A stretch of DNA of 50,268 nucleotides from Bigelowiella natans CCMP2755. Its lineage: Eukaryota > Protista > Cercozoa. This document shows, piece after piece, positions 1 through 13,628 of this stretch. The stretch lies in assembly GCA_000320545.1 (NCBI GenBank), contig ADNK01001287.1, positions 1-50,268 of the forward strand, in the 5' to 3' direction. The position numbers were made by a program, and so were the translations under genes. How positions within the stretch are numbered: position 1 is the stretch's first letter; every line of letters begins with the position of its first letter. The notes beneath the pieces are model-generated. The model was not told the DNA's origin, did not search any database, and saw nothing but the letters and a program-made list of their open reading frames with translations.

Positions 1-134
1 AAAAACACTCTTCCAAAATCACCCCCTCAAATCGTTTACCATGATCTATGGATTGGTAGGCACTAATAGTATTCTTTATTTTTGTTTGTGTTGTGTTGTT
101 CCCAAAAAAAGGGGGGTGGGGGGGGGGGGATGAG

Positions 135-177
<43 letters not shown>

Positions 178-407
178 GCTGGTTTTGACATCAGGAGGAT
201 AACTTCGCTAAGAATGCAATGCGGTTTCGAGGGGGGGGGGACAGCTATTTTTAAGGTGATTTCCGAGGGTGTGCTTGAATTCAACGATACAGTTTTCCGT
301 GGGTGGTAAGTCGGAATAATAACAACACACAATTTGTTGCGAATTGAGGCGACACCATCAGTTGTTGTCATCGCGTGAGAATGGTGTGTAAGGATTCTTC
401 GTCCTAC

Positions 408-558
408 CCCCCCGCATGTGGCCGCGCTGGCGTTGTAGTTCGGCCCGCCCTTCTCAGCTAGTAGTCGCCTTGTCTGATGATGACGATGGTGATGAAGGAT
501 AGATCAACAATCATAGTGAGAATGTCACGGATTCACAGTAAATGCGAACACGAGAATA

Positions 559-632
<74 letters not shown>

Positions 633-872
633 AAGGCGGAGAGAAGGCAAAACTGAGACGGATTTTCTTTTTTGATCTGCATTAGTTTTGTTGCACGTGC
701 ACGCGTCTCTTGGCGCGCACATGCTTGAATGGTATCAACACACGTCGGGTTCTCCGGAAAAGGGCGGGGGAGATGTGCAGCGAAAGTGCGATTTTGATGG
801 GAGCACGCACCTGATCCGCGTCGTAGGTCTTACCATCCAACTCAACCACCCATTTCTAAAGTTACGCGCGCG

Positions 873-958
<86 letters not shown>

Positions 959-1653
959 GTAAAATCCAATTCCGCTGTCTGCGTGCTAACAAGACGTGCG
1001 GCAAAATGGTGCTATGAGCTGAAAGAAGATATGCGGCGCTGCTCACTTACCCCTGGCGCAGCCTCCTTCAACGATACACTTGGTTTCAGATCTCCATATC
1101 CCGCGCACATGAGTGGTATGCTTGGATCCTAAAACACGCCGCATCGTCGAGCAAGTTACGGTACTACCATTTGGCAGAGGAGAGGGTTTATGTATATGAC
1201 AGCAGGGAAGCTTTTCTGACAACCCCAATCCCGTTAGGGCGAGGCGAGGCCCACCTTATCGATAATGTTGCCGCTGAAACATGCATGTCCTTCGTACTTG
1301 AACTCGTAGGAGCGAGGGTCGTTGCTCATTGCTGCTGTCCCAAGTATTGCTGCTGCTTTCCCACGGATTGATGAACGCGCTGGCGCGGACTTCTCATTAC
1401 CCTCTGGAACCGCTGGTGGCGGAACGTCCTCAGCACCGTTTATGCGCGTTTGCCACTACGAGACAAAAGCAGCAACTCCAGTCAAGGGTTGAGGAAAGCA
1501 AGGGGAGAGGGGGGATGGCCAAACCTGGTTCGCGAAGTTCTCAATCTCCAGGTCGTTGGTGACGGCGAGCACTGCCGCAGTGATGACAAATACGAACACA
1601 CCCACGCCTAGCTTCCATCCATGCTTGAAAGGGACGGGGGGGTCAGATTCCAT
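408..1653 (-). CDS. Multi-exon type II membrane protein of unknown function (probably continues past the left edge)
   Basis: Five exons join in frame at GT-AG sites: MESDPPVPFKHGWKLGVGVFVFVITAAVLAVTND..NQ | WQTRINGAED..CFSGNIIDK | DPSIPLMCAGYGD..APG | KWVVELDGKTYDADQ | TRRLLAEKGGPNYNASAATCG. One N-terminal hydrophobic anchor. Confidence 0.6.
562..631. repeat. Compound (TC)n(AC)n microsatellite in an intron
   Basis: Directly visible. Similar tracts at 138-175, 874-955, 3311-3383, 5981-6047, 13558-13625, 37220-37268, 37550-37670, 44204-44246, 48501-48612 and 49907-49936. Confidence 0.95.
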
Positions 1654-1903
1654 TGTGCATGAAGAAGCCCACCGTCGTCGCTCGAAGGAGTCGAGATCGG
1701 GAGGAATAATCTCAGAGGAATCAGATCAGGTAACGTGGCCTGCTCGACCGCGACCCTCTCAGCATGTCATTCGCCCTATATGTTCTTATTGCGACATAAA
1801 AATAAGTATGTCGTAGATTTAGAATAGATATGAAACATTGTATTTGATGGAATGGTTTTAATCTTGCGGGTTCTCTACGGTTCAAGAAAGTATATAAGAA
1901 TCA

Positions 1904-1975
1904 GCAACCATGGTATAGGGGTTAGCATATTTGCCTTCCAAGCAAATGACCCGGGTTCGAGTCCCGGTGGTTGCA
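1904..1975 (+). tRNA. tRNA-Gly (TCC)
   Basis: Acceptor stem GCAACCA/TGGTTGC with A73, anticodon TCC, T arm CCGGG-TTCGAGT-CCCGG, and a T-rich Pol III terminator just downstream. Confidence 0.92.
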
Positions 1976-2168
1976 GGTTTCTTTTTGTCCCTTTTAATTT
2001 TGTATATGTGCATATTGAGCAAGTCGTACCCAGACCTTTCGGTGCGTCTTTGGTAAAACTTAACTTTTTTACGAGGCTGACTGGCTTAGTACAGAAAAGT
2101 TGATGTCGTAGTATGAAAATATAGGAGTTTTGTACTGTTTTTGCGGGCTGGCCGATTCATCAAACGCC

Positions 2169-3309
2169 ATGTCATTTGGGCCACCACCGCACCTCCTGCT
2201 TGCTACTCTCTTCTCACTTGCCACAGGGGGGCGGAGGACCCTCCCGGCCCCCCGGGCGGACTTTCTCGTTCCGGATAACCTCGATTATCACAACGTTGCG
2301 ACCCTTGGTCCATCGCCTCGTCAGGTCGTCGATGCGACAATGAAAGCCGTCCTGGAGCTCGGTAGGGATTTTGCCTTCTATTCTTTTGAGTTCCCCTCAT
2401 CGAAGCGAGCTTCACCAACCATCAATAGTATAATCGCCTTAACAAATTTTGCTCCTACCGACAGAAAGTAACCCGACGAACGAATACTTCGGTGGCAATG
2501 GCGTGGTTGAGCCCGCGACGCTGCGTATGGAGGCTGTCCGAGAGAAGGCGGCGAAGGCACTCGGAGCGTTCCTGAACGAGACCCTTGTCATGCCCTCGAC
2601 CACTGTTTCTCTGAATAACGTCGCCGAAGGCCTCGTCTCTTCTGGCTTCGTGAAGCGGGGTGATTTCGTGTTAACGACAGATCAGGAGCACGCCGGGGGG
2701 CTGAGGTGCTGGCAGCACTACACCAAGGTTGAGCCCCTTCTCGGGGGACTCGACGTAGTTTCTATACCTGTTTCACCCCCCCCTTCCTCCGAGGACGACG
2801 TCCTCCAGCTCTTCCGTGAAGCCCTGGAAAAGAAGCAGTACCGTGTTGTCACAGTCTCGCACGTTACGACTACAAACGGCCTGCGTTTGCCCCTCCGCGA
2901 GCTAGCGGACCTCGTCCACCAGCACGGAGCGGTCCTCGTCGTCGACGGCGCACAGGCCCACGGCGGGATTCGCGTAGACGTGCACGAGCTCGGCGTCGAT
3001 GTCTACACAACCTCTTCGCACAAGTGGCTGTGCGCGCCGAAGGGCGCTGGTTTGCTGTTCATCTCGCAGCGAGTCCGCGATAGAATCACCCCGACCTTTC
3101 TGGACGGAGGCAGCTATCCGTACACGGGATCCACGGGAACTCGCCCCCAGCACACGCTCGCAGGTCTTGGCGCGGCCATCGACTACTTCGAGTCGTTCGG
3201 GTTCGAAGAGGTGGAAGCTTATAACCTGAGGCTGAGGAGCGTGGCTTATGCCGGTTTTAGCGCTCTTGCCAAGGAAATCCCAGGTGGTGACTGGCTGTAG
3301 TAGTTTCAC

Positions 3310-3385
<76 letters not shown>

Positions 3386-3830
3386 TTGTGCATTCGTTTG
3401 TTGCTGCCTGAGAGGCGGGGAGTGGTGGCGTTGTTCTTGCGAATTCGTGGAATGTAGGGCTGAGATGCATGGTGCGCAGGGGATATATTTAGACGTATAA
3501 ACACATCGTTGTGCATGTTCGATTCGGCCACTATGTGCGCTCTCAGGAATCACACTGGTCAGCCCGCCGGGGGGGGCGCTAGCCGCTCCTATCCTTACAG
3601 TGGGACTCCCGGCAAACGTCACATCTATCGACGTGTCTGCGGCTCTGTACACGGATTTTGGCCAGGTGGTGAAGATCACAGGGCGCGCGATCTACCCGGA
3701 GGAAGGCGGCCCTTCCATGCCGCTGCAGGCCACGAGGTTCTCCTTCCACTTGTTCAACAACGAGACCGAGGTCAAGGCGCTCGTCAAGAGCTTCGGCAGT
3801 GTCGTTCGGAACTTGACGGGAGCGTATTAA
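2169..3830 (+). CDS. Class V PLP-dependent enzyme (isopenicillin N epimerase / L-cysteine desulfhydrase / Egt2-like C-S lyase) with an N-terminal signal-like peptide
   Basis: Exons 2169-2361, 2465-3283 and 3547-3830 splice in frame. Motifs: HNVATLGPSP, TTDQEH, SHVTTTNG, VDGAQAHG and SSHKWLCAPKG (PLP lysine), plus C-terminal RFSFHLFN. Confidence 0.85.
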
Positions 3831-4566
3831 AAGCGGGGTTTCTGGAAGTTGCGGCAGGGCGTTGCAATGACTGATGTAGATTAAGAACCGAGTGTACATG
3901 TTTAATTTTTTTTTAGTGTAGGAATTGCAGAAGTATAAGCTAAGAGAGTCTTTCTCCGCGCTCTGCTATAGTTAGCGGGATCTGCCGCTGATGAATGTGC
4001 GTAAGGCGCACAGGGTGCTGAAAACAGTTTGCACCGTTTGTTTTACATAGTAAGTCTATGATCTCAGTCTGGGGTCATCTCATATCTGACGCATGATGCA
4101 TGAGATGTTGCACAGGTTAACGCATTACAAGCTAATAATGCGTATCCATGGGCGCAATGATCGATGACTCAATTTTTCTTCAGCGCATAGCATGCGGCCT
4201 AGCGGCTATACGAGGCATCACTGCTGCGACCTACTACGCATCGCACCCTACTTATTGTCATATCTAGATGTACGTTTACAGGACATACATGGCACGATAT
4301 ATAACGACCATGCTAGCATGACAATGAAACATACACATACTAATAGCAGCTATACACCATTATTACCATCGTTGGCTTCATATGTCGCGAACGCGCGCCG
4401 GCTTTTGCATGTTCATTGCAACTAACATATACGTGTACGCTGCCAAAACGTGCGCGCAGGAACCCGTGTCATTTCAAACAAAGCAACAAGCGGTTGATCA
4501 TGAAAAATGAAATCTCTAGTTTGTGCAGGCTCATAGGCGGCAAACAACCGCGGCGCACGTTGTTCT

Positions 4567-5977
4567 TTATTTCGTGGCCGCCATCATGTGCTCCAAGGAT
4601 TCCAGGGCCACGCTTGCACGCCAGATTTTATCGTCGCAAGCTTTGAACTCCCCGTCGAGCATGAGATCCTTGAGTGGCTTCATCTGCCCTTGCACATTTT
4701 TTATGATTCCCTTCATCGTTCGGAATTGCGGCGACAGCTCATATTTCTGGGTGCCGAGCTGATTAATACAAACGTACGAGGAAGCATGTGTTTTCGTCAG
4801 TGCATGCACGCGCAACTGCGTCACGATGCAAGCCATCCTCATTTCGTTTTAGGGAGACCGGAAAATGGGGAGGGGGAAAGGACATTTCTCGATCGGCGCG
4901 GTGCACCTCAGCCCTCACCTTCTTCTCGAGTACTTCCAGTCGTTTCTGGATCTTAGCGTATTCGGCACTAACTTCTTTGAACATTTGCTTGTCACCGTGG
5001 CCGCTATTTCTCCTCATGTCCGGAAAGGCCTCTCCCTCGGCAGAAGGAATGAAGCCTGGATCAGGGACGAAGTTAGGAGGCGGAGGCGGGGCAGGGCGAA
5101 GGGGGGAGGGGGGGGGGGGGGGGGGGAAAACCCAAACAAGAATACTTCACTACTCTATAACTAGTAATAGCATCATTACACAGAGAAATACAATTGTCTA
5201 TGGTCTACTATTCGAACACAGACAACACGTGCATGTATACATACACACGTGCATGTATACACACACACGCAGCTGCATGTACCGAGCATCTTCTTGCGCT
5301 CCGACTCTGGGATTTTGGCAGTTGTCTTGACCGTCATGTAGAGGTGGTTCACGTCCGCGAGGGATTCGGAGCCCATCTCGCCCGTCAGTTTCAGAAGCCT
5401 GGGAGGAGTCGTTTGGCAAGGGAAGAAGGGGAAATGCAGGGGGGGGGAGGGGAGGGAGTGTGCCGTCAAAATATATGTGCCTTGAATGGGGTTTAAATAT
5501 AAATATGATGATCATGCTTGTGTGTGTGTGTGTGTGTGTGTGTGTTGCCTTCATGTCACCTCCTCCGCCATCATCTCTACTTGCAATGCTACTACTATTT
5601 CTACTACACGACGACAACGGCGACGACGATGACGGCTGCCTACTCTCTGAGGCCAGTGATCCAAATCTTGAATTCCCGCGGTTGTATAGCGATGAGGTCC
5701 AACGTCTTGCCGCCATCGTAAATTATAGAGAACGACGAACGCTCGAGCTCCGGGGCGCGGTGTCGCTGGAATTTAGGCATCTTCTGGCCGATTACAATGT
5801 CCTCGATGTATTTGAACAAGATGCACGTTTTCCTGGGGTTTTTCTTCTTCGAGTACCTGGTGATGTGAAAGGGGGTGTGCGACGAGTATGGTTGGTCTCT
5901 ACTTTTCCAGGGTTGGGATCCTCAAATATCATTCAAAGAGTACGATTGGATGGAATGTTCGATGTCTCCATTGGCTT

Positions 5978-6023
<46 letters not shown>

Positions 6024-7518
6024 TGTGTGTGTGTGTGTGTGTGTGTGTAAATATTCGCTACTTCTTCTACCATTGGAGGGCTGTGTTATCGGCTGTAAGG
6101 TGGAAGTGCCTGAAGTGCGGGAATCCGAACGATCCGTACCTGGCGATAAACAGCTGCGGTTGAGGTGGTGGTCATAACTGTGATGATTCAACCGAATATA
6201 TACTTCAAAAAATATGCGGATGAGAACGTGCGTGCGTGCGCGCACGCCTGCTTTAAGGCCGCTGTAAGCGCGCCTTGTTTCGTCCTTCGACGTATTCAGT
6301 GTAGGAGTGAGGAGGGCGTTCTGTCCCAACCGACTTTAGGAATTGCGTGCCCTGGTGCATGATCTCGAGAGCATCGATGCGCTCAGAAGTGACGGTCGCC
6401 TCGTCAGTCTCCTCGACAACCACGTCTCCATTCTTCATCGGCTCCGTAGGGGGTCTCTGTGTGTTATCACGGGAAGCATCAGGTGGCTGATGCTGACGCA
6501 GACTCATGTCCGCCTCCCCAACCCCCCCACCCCCCCCCCCAAAAGAAACAGCTTTTGTGTGTGTGCATTATGGACCGTTCAAGCCCTGCATTTAAATAAT
6601 ATATTTGGGGAAAAGAGATTTGCCATTTTAGAAGATCGATGTTCCCCAAAATGTGATCATATATATTTATGGTCGTCTGTCTGCTGCGCGCTAGAAATTA
6701 CTGGCTTGTGGATAGTTTTCCCCTCCGCTTTCTTTCCTTTGGGTGCAGTCGGCGCAGTAGGTTGAGAGGCCGTGGGCTCCGAATCTGCTACGGCAAAATC
6801 GAAGGCTTTCTTTTTCGCAGGCTGCCCGAGGACTTCTCTCCGCAAGTCTTCGTTAAGGACGTTGTTTTCCGAAGCCGCATGTAACAGAACTGAAAATGAT
6901 GAGGAGAATGGTGGATTGATGTAAAAGGAAAAAAATGGACGTCGGCGCGAGCACGTTAGCACGAAGATTAAGGTCATTGTTAGGCCTCGACACGCCCCTC
7001 TCAAACACATGCAAAGCAGCAGCGCAATCACCGTTTCTCTTATCGAGGTTGCGCGGTGAGCTTTGGAGATTGAGGCTCGCTCTGCCAGTGTTTGTTTCCG
7101 CCTGGAATGCAGATCCGAAGCCCTTGGAGCGCGGTGCAGCCGCGCGCGAGGTCGCTGAGCCGGTCGGCTGAGTCGAAAGCCCTCCAAATATATCCTCTAA
7201 CGCAGTGCTGACCGTCGCCCCGGTGGGTGAAGCCACAGTACTAGAGAAATTCTTGGTTTCATTTTCGGGAACAGTCTCAGACGCAAACGAACTAAAGTTG
7301 GAGCGGCGGCGGCTGGATCTCGTATTCGGCGACTTCCCCCCCTGCGCTTTTTTGTTGGCCTGTGGCGAAGGAATCGAGGTCCTCGGGGAGTTAACCGGGG
7401 AGGCCATGGCACTAGCGCTAGGAGGCGACCGGGGTGAGTTAAGATTCGTCTTGGAACGTGACCTGTTCAACTGCCTACTCGAGTTGGCGCGTGGGGGGGG
7501 AGCAAATCTTGATGACAT
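4567..7518 (-). CDS. Multi-exon protein of unknown function; Ser/Pro-rich disordered N-terminus, helical C-terminus
   Basis: Successive minus-strand exons separated by microsatellite-bearing introns: MSSRFAPPP..., ASENNVLNEDLRREVLG..., MSLRQHQPP..., PPRLLKLTGEMG..., DKQMFKEVSAEYAKIQKRLEVLEKK, and LGTQKYELSPQF...AATK*. Confidence 0.6.
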
Positions 7519-8290
7519 GTTTGGTTTGTTTGTTTCACCGGCCTGTTTTCTTCACTTTGTGACTATAAGCTCCGGCGTTCTACGCCAAATTTTCCTCTAC
7601 AAATTGCACGTGCGCCAGCAAGATCAGGGCAGGGGTACAGCTCGTAGGAAAGGGGAGGGGGCGGGGGGGGCTTGTGGGTTTTCGTCGTGTTGTGAATCTG
7701 GATTCACTCCCATGACATTATTTCTAATATTTGTCGGGAATATTGGTTGTCGCATCGATGAAACGGATGTCCTTTTTACGATGTCGCATTTTTCTGAAGG
7801 CGTTTTGAGTCATTAGATCCACTCGTAGATGTACATCATGCGTCTTCGTCGCGAAACGGTAGCCGGGCTCGCGAAAAAGATGATGGCCGTTTTTAGAGAT
7901 AAAAACGCATGAGTTTTAGGCCTGCGACAACCCTTTATCTGGATATATGATGGGAAACTTCACCTAGATCTACTTTCAGATGAGCCGCGAAGTTCCATTT
8001 TGCGCGGTTCTTTCCCCGTGGAGTTCTTGTTCCTGTTGTATTGTTCGGAGTTTGGATCCGAATCTTCGTCCCTGCTGCATGTCGAGTGTGGTCACGATAA
8101 TCGTTAGATATTATCGGGTATATTTTTCCCCTAAATTTAGCAAAAACTTTATCGAGGAAAGATTGGGGCTCCCCGCTGACCCCAAACGATTCTCATTGGC
8201 AAAGTAAGCTGTGCAGAGCGCAGGTGGGCTCGGTGGGGCGGAAGGAGGTCGGAATGGGGACAAGGGGATGATGTTTTTGTGAATTTAGGC

Positions 8291-8955
8291 ATGGAAGCGC
8301 TGCTAGGTTCGTACGGTGACGACAGTGGTGACGAAAATGAGGTAAATGCCAAAAGCTCCGCATTGAAGCCCGACAACGCGGAAGCGAGAGTTAAAACGCA
8401 TGAGAACGGCAAGGCGAAGAAGAAAAAAATGAAGAAGAAGAAGAAGAAGGTAACCAGCAAATTGATTTCACAGATTCCAACGAGGATATGACATTTGCCC
8501 TTGTGCCCATTAGAAGAAGAAAACGAAGCTGGCCCTGCCCTCGGCGTCGGACATAATAGAATCGTCACAACAAGAGGTGGCACTCACCCAACTGAATGAA
8601 TTTGTCGCCTTTTGCTGTCGGTTCAAAATGCCCTTGACTTGCGCAGGTGGAACACGAGAGAAGAGTACAGGCTCGCGACCAAAAGCAGGCTGAGGTTGAG
8701 GCCAAGGTTTCCAAGAGTAGCGAGGAGCCACAAGCAGAAACGAAGTTGGAAGCAGCACCCCCAGGCACAAAGGCAATTCCTGCACGTAAGCGGCTGAATG
8801 AAGCCATCACAAGCGCGGAGCCAGTGCGAAAAAAGCAAAAACCAAAGGAAACTGTCAGACAAAAGAACAAGCGAAAGATGAAACTAGGACAGGCGAAGTT
8901 TACTGTTAAGAGTAATAGAGAATGCCCGGACATATACCGACCCCCAGGATCATGA
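8291..8955 (+). CDS. Small Lys-rich, probably nuclear protein
   Basis: Three exons: MEALLGSYGDDSGDE..KKKK | KKKTKLALPSASDI..QE | VEHERR..KETVRQKNKRKMKLGQAKFTVKS..*. GT-AG introns at about 8450-8513 and 8577-8646. Confidence 0.7.
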
Positions 8956-9698
8956 TTCAATCGAATATTGTTTTATCTTTTTATTTCTTAATATTAAAAA
9001 AAATAACGATGGGTACTGAGAACTGGGCAACTGCGTATTACTTTCTGAAATATGCGGCTACTTCTTCAACGCGAACAAGCGCAGCGGGCGCTCAATTATT
9101 AAGTTCTATTGTTTTGAGATTCACTGTGTGTTTCTAGTTGGCAAATAGGATGACACACAACGTGCACATTTGTGGTTTCATGTGCATCACGTGCAATCTT
9201 TTTGCATCGCCGGTCGTCTTGCATGTTTCAAATCTGCTCGCTCATATGCGATCTGCACGAAAGAGAATCAGTGTACGCTGTGCGCGTAGCTGCAGCTAAC
9301 TGTGCGCAGTGCAATCCCCTAACAGCAACTACGCACAAAACAGGCGTTGTAGTTGTGTCCCTCGATCATGTACATCGCACGACCCATCGATCGAGTCAGC
9401 AACTGAAATTTGATGTTGGGCTAGCTGTGCAAGATTTCGCTCAATGAATCCGCATGTCCCCATCAAGCACATAGCATCTGCTACACCTAGACACGTACGC
9501 AAAAAAACTAATCCAGAAGTGTGCCACAAATGTTTTCGCGTGCACTCTTCATCACAAGTTCCAACACCATCATTTTTCCAATGATGAGTGACCGTGATGA
9601 ACAGCCTGAAGCGAAGCCAATATGCGAACACCCTTTATTTAAGCGCAGTAAGTGTAATGCAACATATTGCTACGATACTGAGACTCCCACGCTCAATA

Positions 9699-11675
9699 CT
9701 ATTCAAAAAGCCCACATGTCATTCTGCTGCTGTTTTGCTCTCGCTGTGCCTGCTTCATCTTTGTCATATTGACCATCATGCGCATCACCGCGTCCCCGTC
9801 ACCATTGTCCATGTCCTCCGGATGGAACTGTGAGAACACCATCAATAATCGATCTTTCGTGAAATGACGACAATCGATTTTTCATAGATTATAGTAAATG
9901 CGTTGTTTCGAATATCTGCTCATAGAATAGGAGCGTCGAAAGAAAAGAAGAAGGAAAGGAAGTGACCTGGACTCCGAATCCTGCACCATTTCTTAGCTCT
10001 ATAGCCTCAACGACCTCGTCATCGTCCCCAGCCACTGCGATTATCTTCACTCTCTCTCTGAAACGGGCCTGCAGCGGACCATAAGGAAACATGACAGCTT
10101 GATGATGCCTCGAGTTAACAAGGAATTCGTCCTTGTTAACAGCTCGAAACAGAGCATTTTCGCGCCCGAGAAGTCGAATTACGTGCCAGCTGCTGCTCCC
10201 CGCCGTTTCCTGATCAACAAGCGGCTTCCTTCTTCCCGCCATATCGGCATCACCTTGGACACCATCATCGCCAGGTTTAACAATGGCGAACGGGTCGTCA
10301 TAGGGAGCCACGGTTATTTCGGTTGTAGTGGCCGCTGTGTGCCTAATGGGATGTTGCGGCAACTCGGTTGCGATATCTTGAGTAAGGACAGCCCCATGAA
10401 GCACGCTGAGAAGCTGATGACCCCTGCAAATCCCAAAGACTGTCCCCCGCCCGGCATTTAACCAGGCTTCTAATAACGATAGCTCGAAGAGATCAATTTC
10501 CTTGTAATGTGCTGCTCCAAAACCCTGCCCCTGGACTTCTTCTTCCTTCTTCTCTCCCTCTTCTCCCTCCTCGGTCTCCATATGTTCGATTTGTTTCTCT
10601 TCAATTTCCTTCTGCTGTTGCCGCTGATGGTGGTACACGACGGAAGAGCTGCTGTCGCTGGAGTCTGCTAGCAAAACGGGATGTATATCAGCCCCTCCAA
10701 TTGCCACGAGCCCATCGTAGTACGTGAGGATGAAGGACATCAACTGATCGAGTTCTTTTGAGTTCAGAATCAAATCCATTCGAATGGGAAGAATGTGCAC
10801 AGCCTCAGCCCCTGCCTGTACGAGCTTCTGACGTACATGAGGAAACGGATCAACAGTGGCGGGGCACATGTGGCCAATGCGGTTCGCAATCACTAGCATT
10901 CGTACACCACAGAGGTTGCGACGAGAATGGCGGAGGGAGCTTTCGAGGAGGTCATTGTCATCACTGTCGCCGCTACCTAGTGACTCGCCTGGCGCCTCAT
11001 TTTCTATTCTTTCTTCTGCCGTGATTCGTTGAAAGGCACGGTGCGAGTGGAATGTGGAAATGTTAAGATTCGAAACGGGAAGGCTACCCCAGCATTTAGG
11101 GCCGATTCGTTCCAGCTCATGCACATAGCGCTCGACCGCCACTCTAGGCGGCAGCAGCAGAGACCTGAGCAATTGCAATTGCGTGACTTAAAATACATTT
11201 CAGAGGAAAACACACACATAAGATGCTTTCTACCCGTTATCAGGAGCTGCCCCGGTGTCGAATTCTTCCGTTAAAGGAAAAAGGAGGACAGGGCCTTCGT
11301 CGCCCTCGAGCGGGTGCAGCAGCCCAAATTGAACGATCTTAGCCTCCAGAGGCGTAGGAAAGAACAGTACGATCAAGGATAGATGATGGAAAACTTTTCC
11401 GCCCGGGGCCATAGAAAGCACTTTCCACCCGCCCCTGCCTCTCCTTTGCTTCTGAGCCTCGCGCTGACGTAGATGTACTCGTAGAGTACGGCGAACAACG
11501 AAGTTTCTGCCTGAAATTTCTTTCTCAGAAACGGAATGCAATTCCCCCTTGCGACAACGAGAATTATGGGGAAATTACCCGCGCGACAAGCCCGTGGGCG
11601 TCTCCTGTTTTTCGTTTTTTCCGTGCCACCACGGATTTGGCCGCGCTCGACCACGTCTCCGGAAACATCTGACAT
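9699..11675 (-). CDS. Peptidase C26 / class I glutamine amidotransferase-type gamma-glutamyl hydrolase (PuuD-like); start codon tentative
   Basis: Motifs DGLVAIGGADIHP, GICRGHQ (catalytic Cys) and VNSRHHQAV. GVQ|FHPE (catalytic His/Glu) is split by intron 9828-9966. Confidence 0.85.
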
Positions 11676-12441
11676 TTTTTGGCCCAAACTTCTCTTGCGT
11701 ATCGGCTGCTCCAGTAACGTATCCTCTTTAAAAATTGTAAATTGGGCTGCGTTTCTGTCCTGCGTCAACGAGTATTCCGCTTCGCAATCGACCGAATCGC
11801 TTCGGATGTTCCTCGTTTTGGAGATCTTCCTAAAATATCAGCTCTTCCGCCCAGACCTGGTAACTACTTCCAGTCACTGCTGATTTCCCGCCCCTCTCTC
11901 TCTGAGTGCATGTCCTGCGTCCCAAACAAGGAACACCCAGACTACCCAATCTTCTACTACAACGTAAGGCGTTGCCATGTTTCCCGCGACCCCGTTCTGA
12001 AGGCGTTTTTCCATAGAATGGAGAAAGCAGCGCGACGGAAAATTATCCGAAGGGCTGGGATTCTTTCTTTCCTTGTTGTTGCTGTTTTTTTTAAAAAGGA
12101 TCTGTAGCATCTAGTATACATCAATTCATCATAAACACCATGTTTTCCGTTTCCGTTTTTTAATTTGAACATATTGAAGTGTTGGGACTTGCTAATTTTT
12201 GGTTTGGATTAACCGCCATTCGGCATCATCCATCATCGCGCCATTTTCGTCACTGTTGTCGGCGCCGTTTCTGCACCATCCTCTTCCCCTGTAATATAAC
12301 CGAATCTCCTGCTGCTACTGCGACTACTGCTCAGGACCGCAACCCCGTGACTCTGAACCAGGTGGAGAAGTTCGTCTTCCCGTTTGACAACCTAAAAGCG
12401 ACCGCAAGCCCCGAGCACAAGATCAACGACAACAACCTACC

Positions 12442-13553
12442 ATGATCTCCAGAAAAGCTTTCTCCCTGAACCCCCGGATCCCCCACCGCCGAAGCGCTCG
12501 ACGAGTCGTCGCGGCATTCGAGCAAGGGCGGCGGAGGATGAGCACCAAGATTCAAGCGGACGAGGGCCTCGCTTCCTGGACGCGACAGCTTGCGAAGAAC
12601 ACCGCCACTCCGATCAGCTCTGTGCGCGTGCAGCTCGCCACGGAGAGCAACGCGTTCAAGCGGCTGCAGGCGACGCCCATTACCGCGTGCCTCGGCGCGG
12701 AGATCGAAGGCATCGACCTGGCCGCGCGCATGTCTGATGACGTCGTGGAGGAGATTTGGAGCGCCTTCCTGCTCTTTGGGGTCGTCTTCTTTCGGGACCA
12801 GAAGCTCTCTCCTGCGCAGCAGGTAGGTGCTAGTTGCCGGGCGCACAATATGGCCATCTCCCCCCTCCCCCTTCTCTAATTGCTGTAGTATTTCATAGTT
12901 CTTTCCCTGTCCGGTGCCCTCTTCTCTTCTCGTTCGTCTCTATCCCCCCCCCCCTTTCTCGTCGCTTATCGCTCCCTCCCCCCCCTCCCTCTCCTCCTAC
13001 TCCGCTGCAGGTGGCGCTTGCCAAGCGGTTCGGGGAGCTGGACCGCCACCCGATTGTGAAAGGGCTTCCTGAACACCCGGACGTGCTGGAAATCGTGCGC
13101 GAGGCCGGGGCGCCGACTAACTTCGGCGAGAGCTGGCACTCGGATAACTCCTACATGCGTCAGCCGAGCCTAGGTTGTTGCATGGGCTGCGTGTGATGCT
13201 GTGTACTCTCTAACGGCCGTGAAACCTCTACAAAAGATGAGTTTCTTTTTAGACGATGATGACAAGAATCTATTCTCATGCCCCCCCCCCCCCCCACACA
13301 CACACCAGGGTCGATATTGCACGCAGTGGAAGTGCCGCCCGTCGGTAACGACACCATGTTCTCTTGCGCCTACGGGATGTACGATATGCTCTCCCCAGCC
13401 CTGCAGAAGGTTTTGAGCTCCTTGAAGGCAGTCCACACGGCTGGGCTGGCCTTCAACCCGAACACTGTGAGCGGCGGGTCGTTCGACAATCCGGAGGCTG
13501 CGATGAAGTACAACACGCGTTTCACACAAGACACGATAAACACGCGCACGCGC

Positions 13554-13628
<75 letters not shown>

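Noticed and set aside
63-1046. ORFs with RERERE, HTHTHT, CVCVCV, SLSLSL or YIYIYI runs, here and throughout the window
   Set aside because: These are translations of intronic dinucleotide microsatellites, not proteins.
1043-1228. Possible in-frame TGA (selenocysteine) in the first gene
   Set aside because: Using the downstream acceptor (TTTTAG|GAT CCA) gives an open, phase-consistent exon with no stop.
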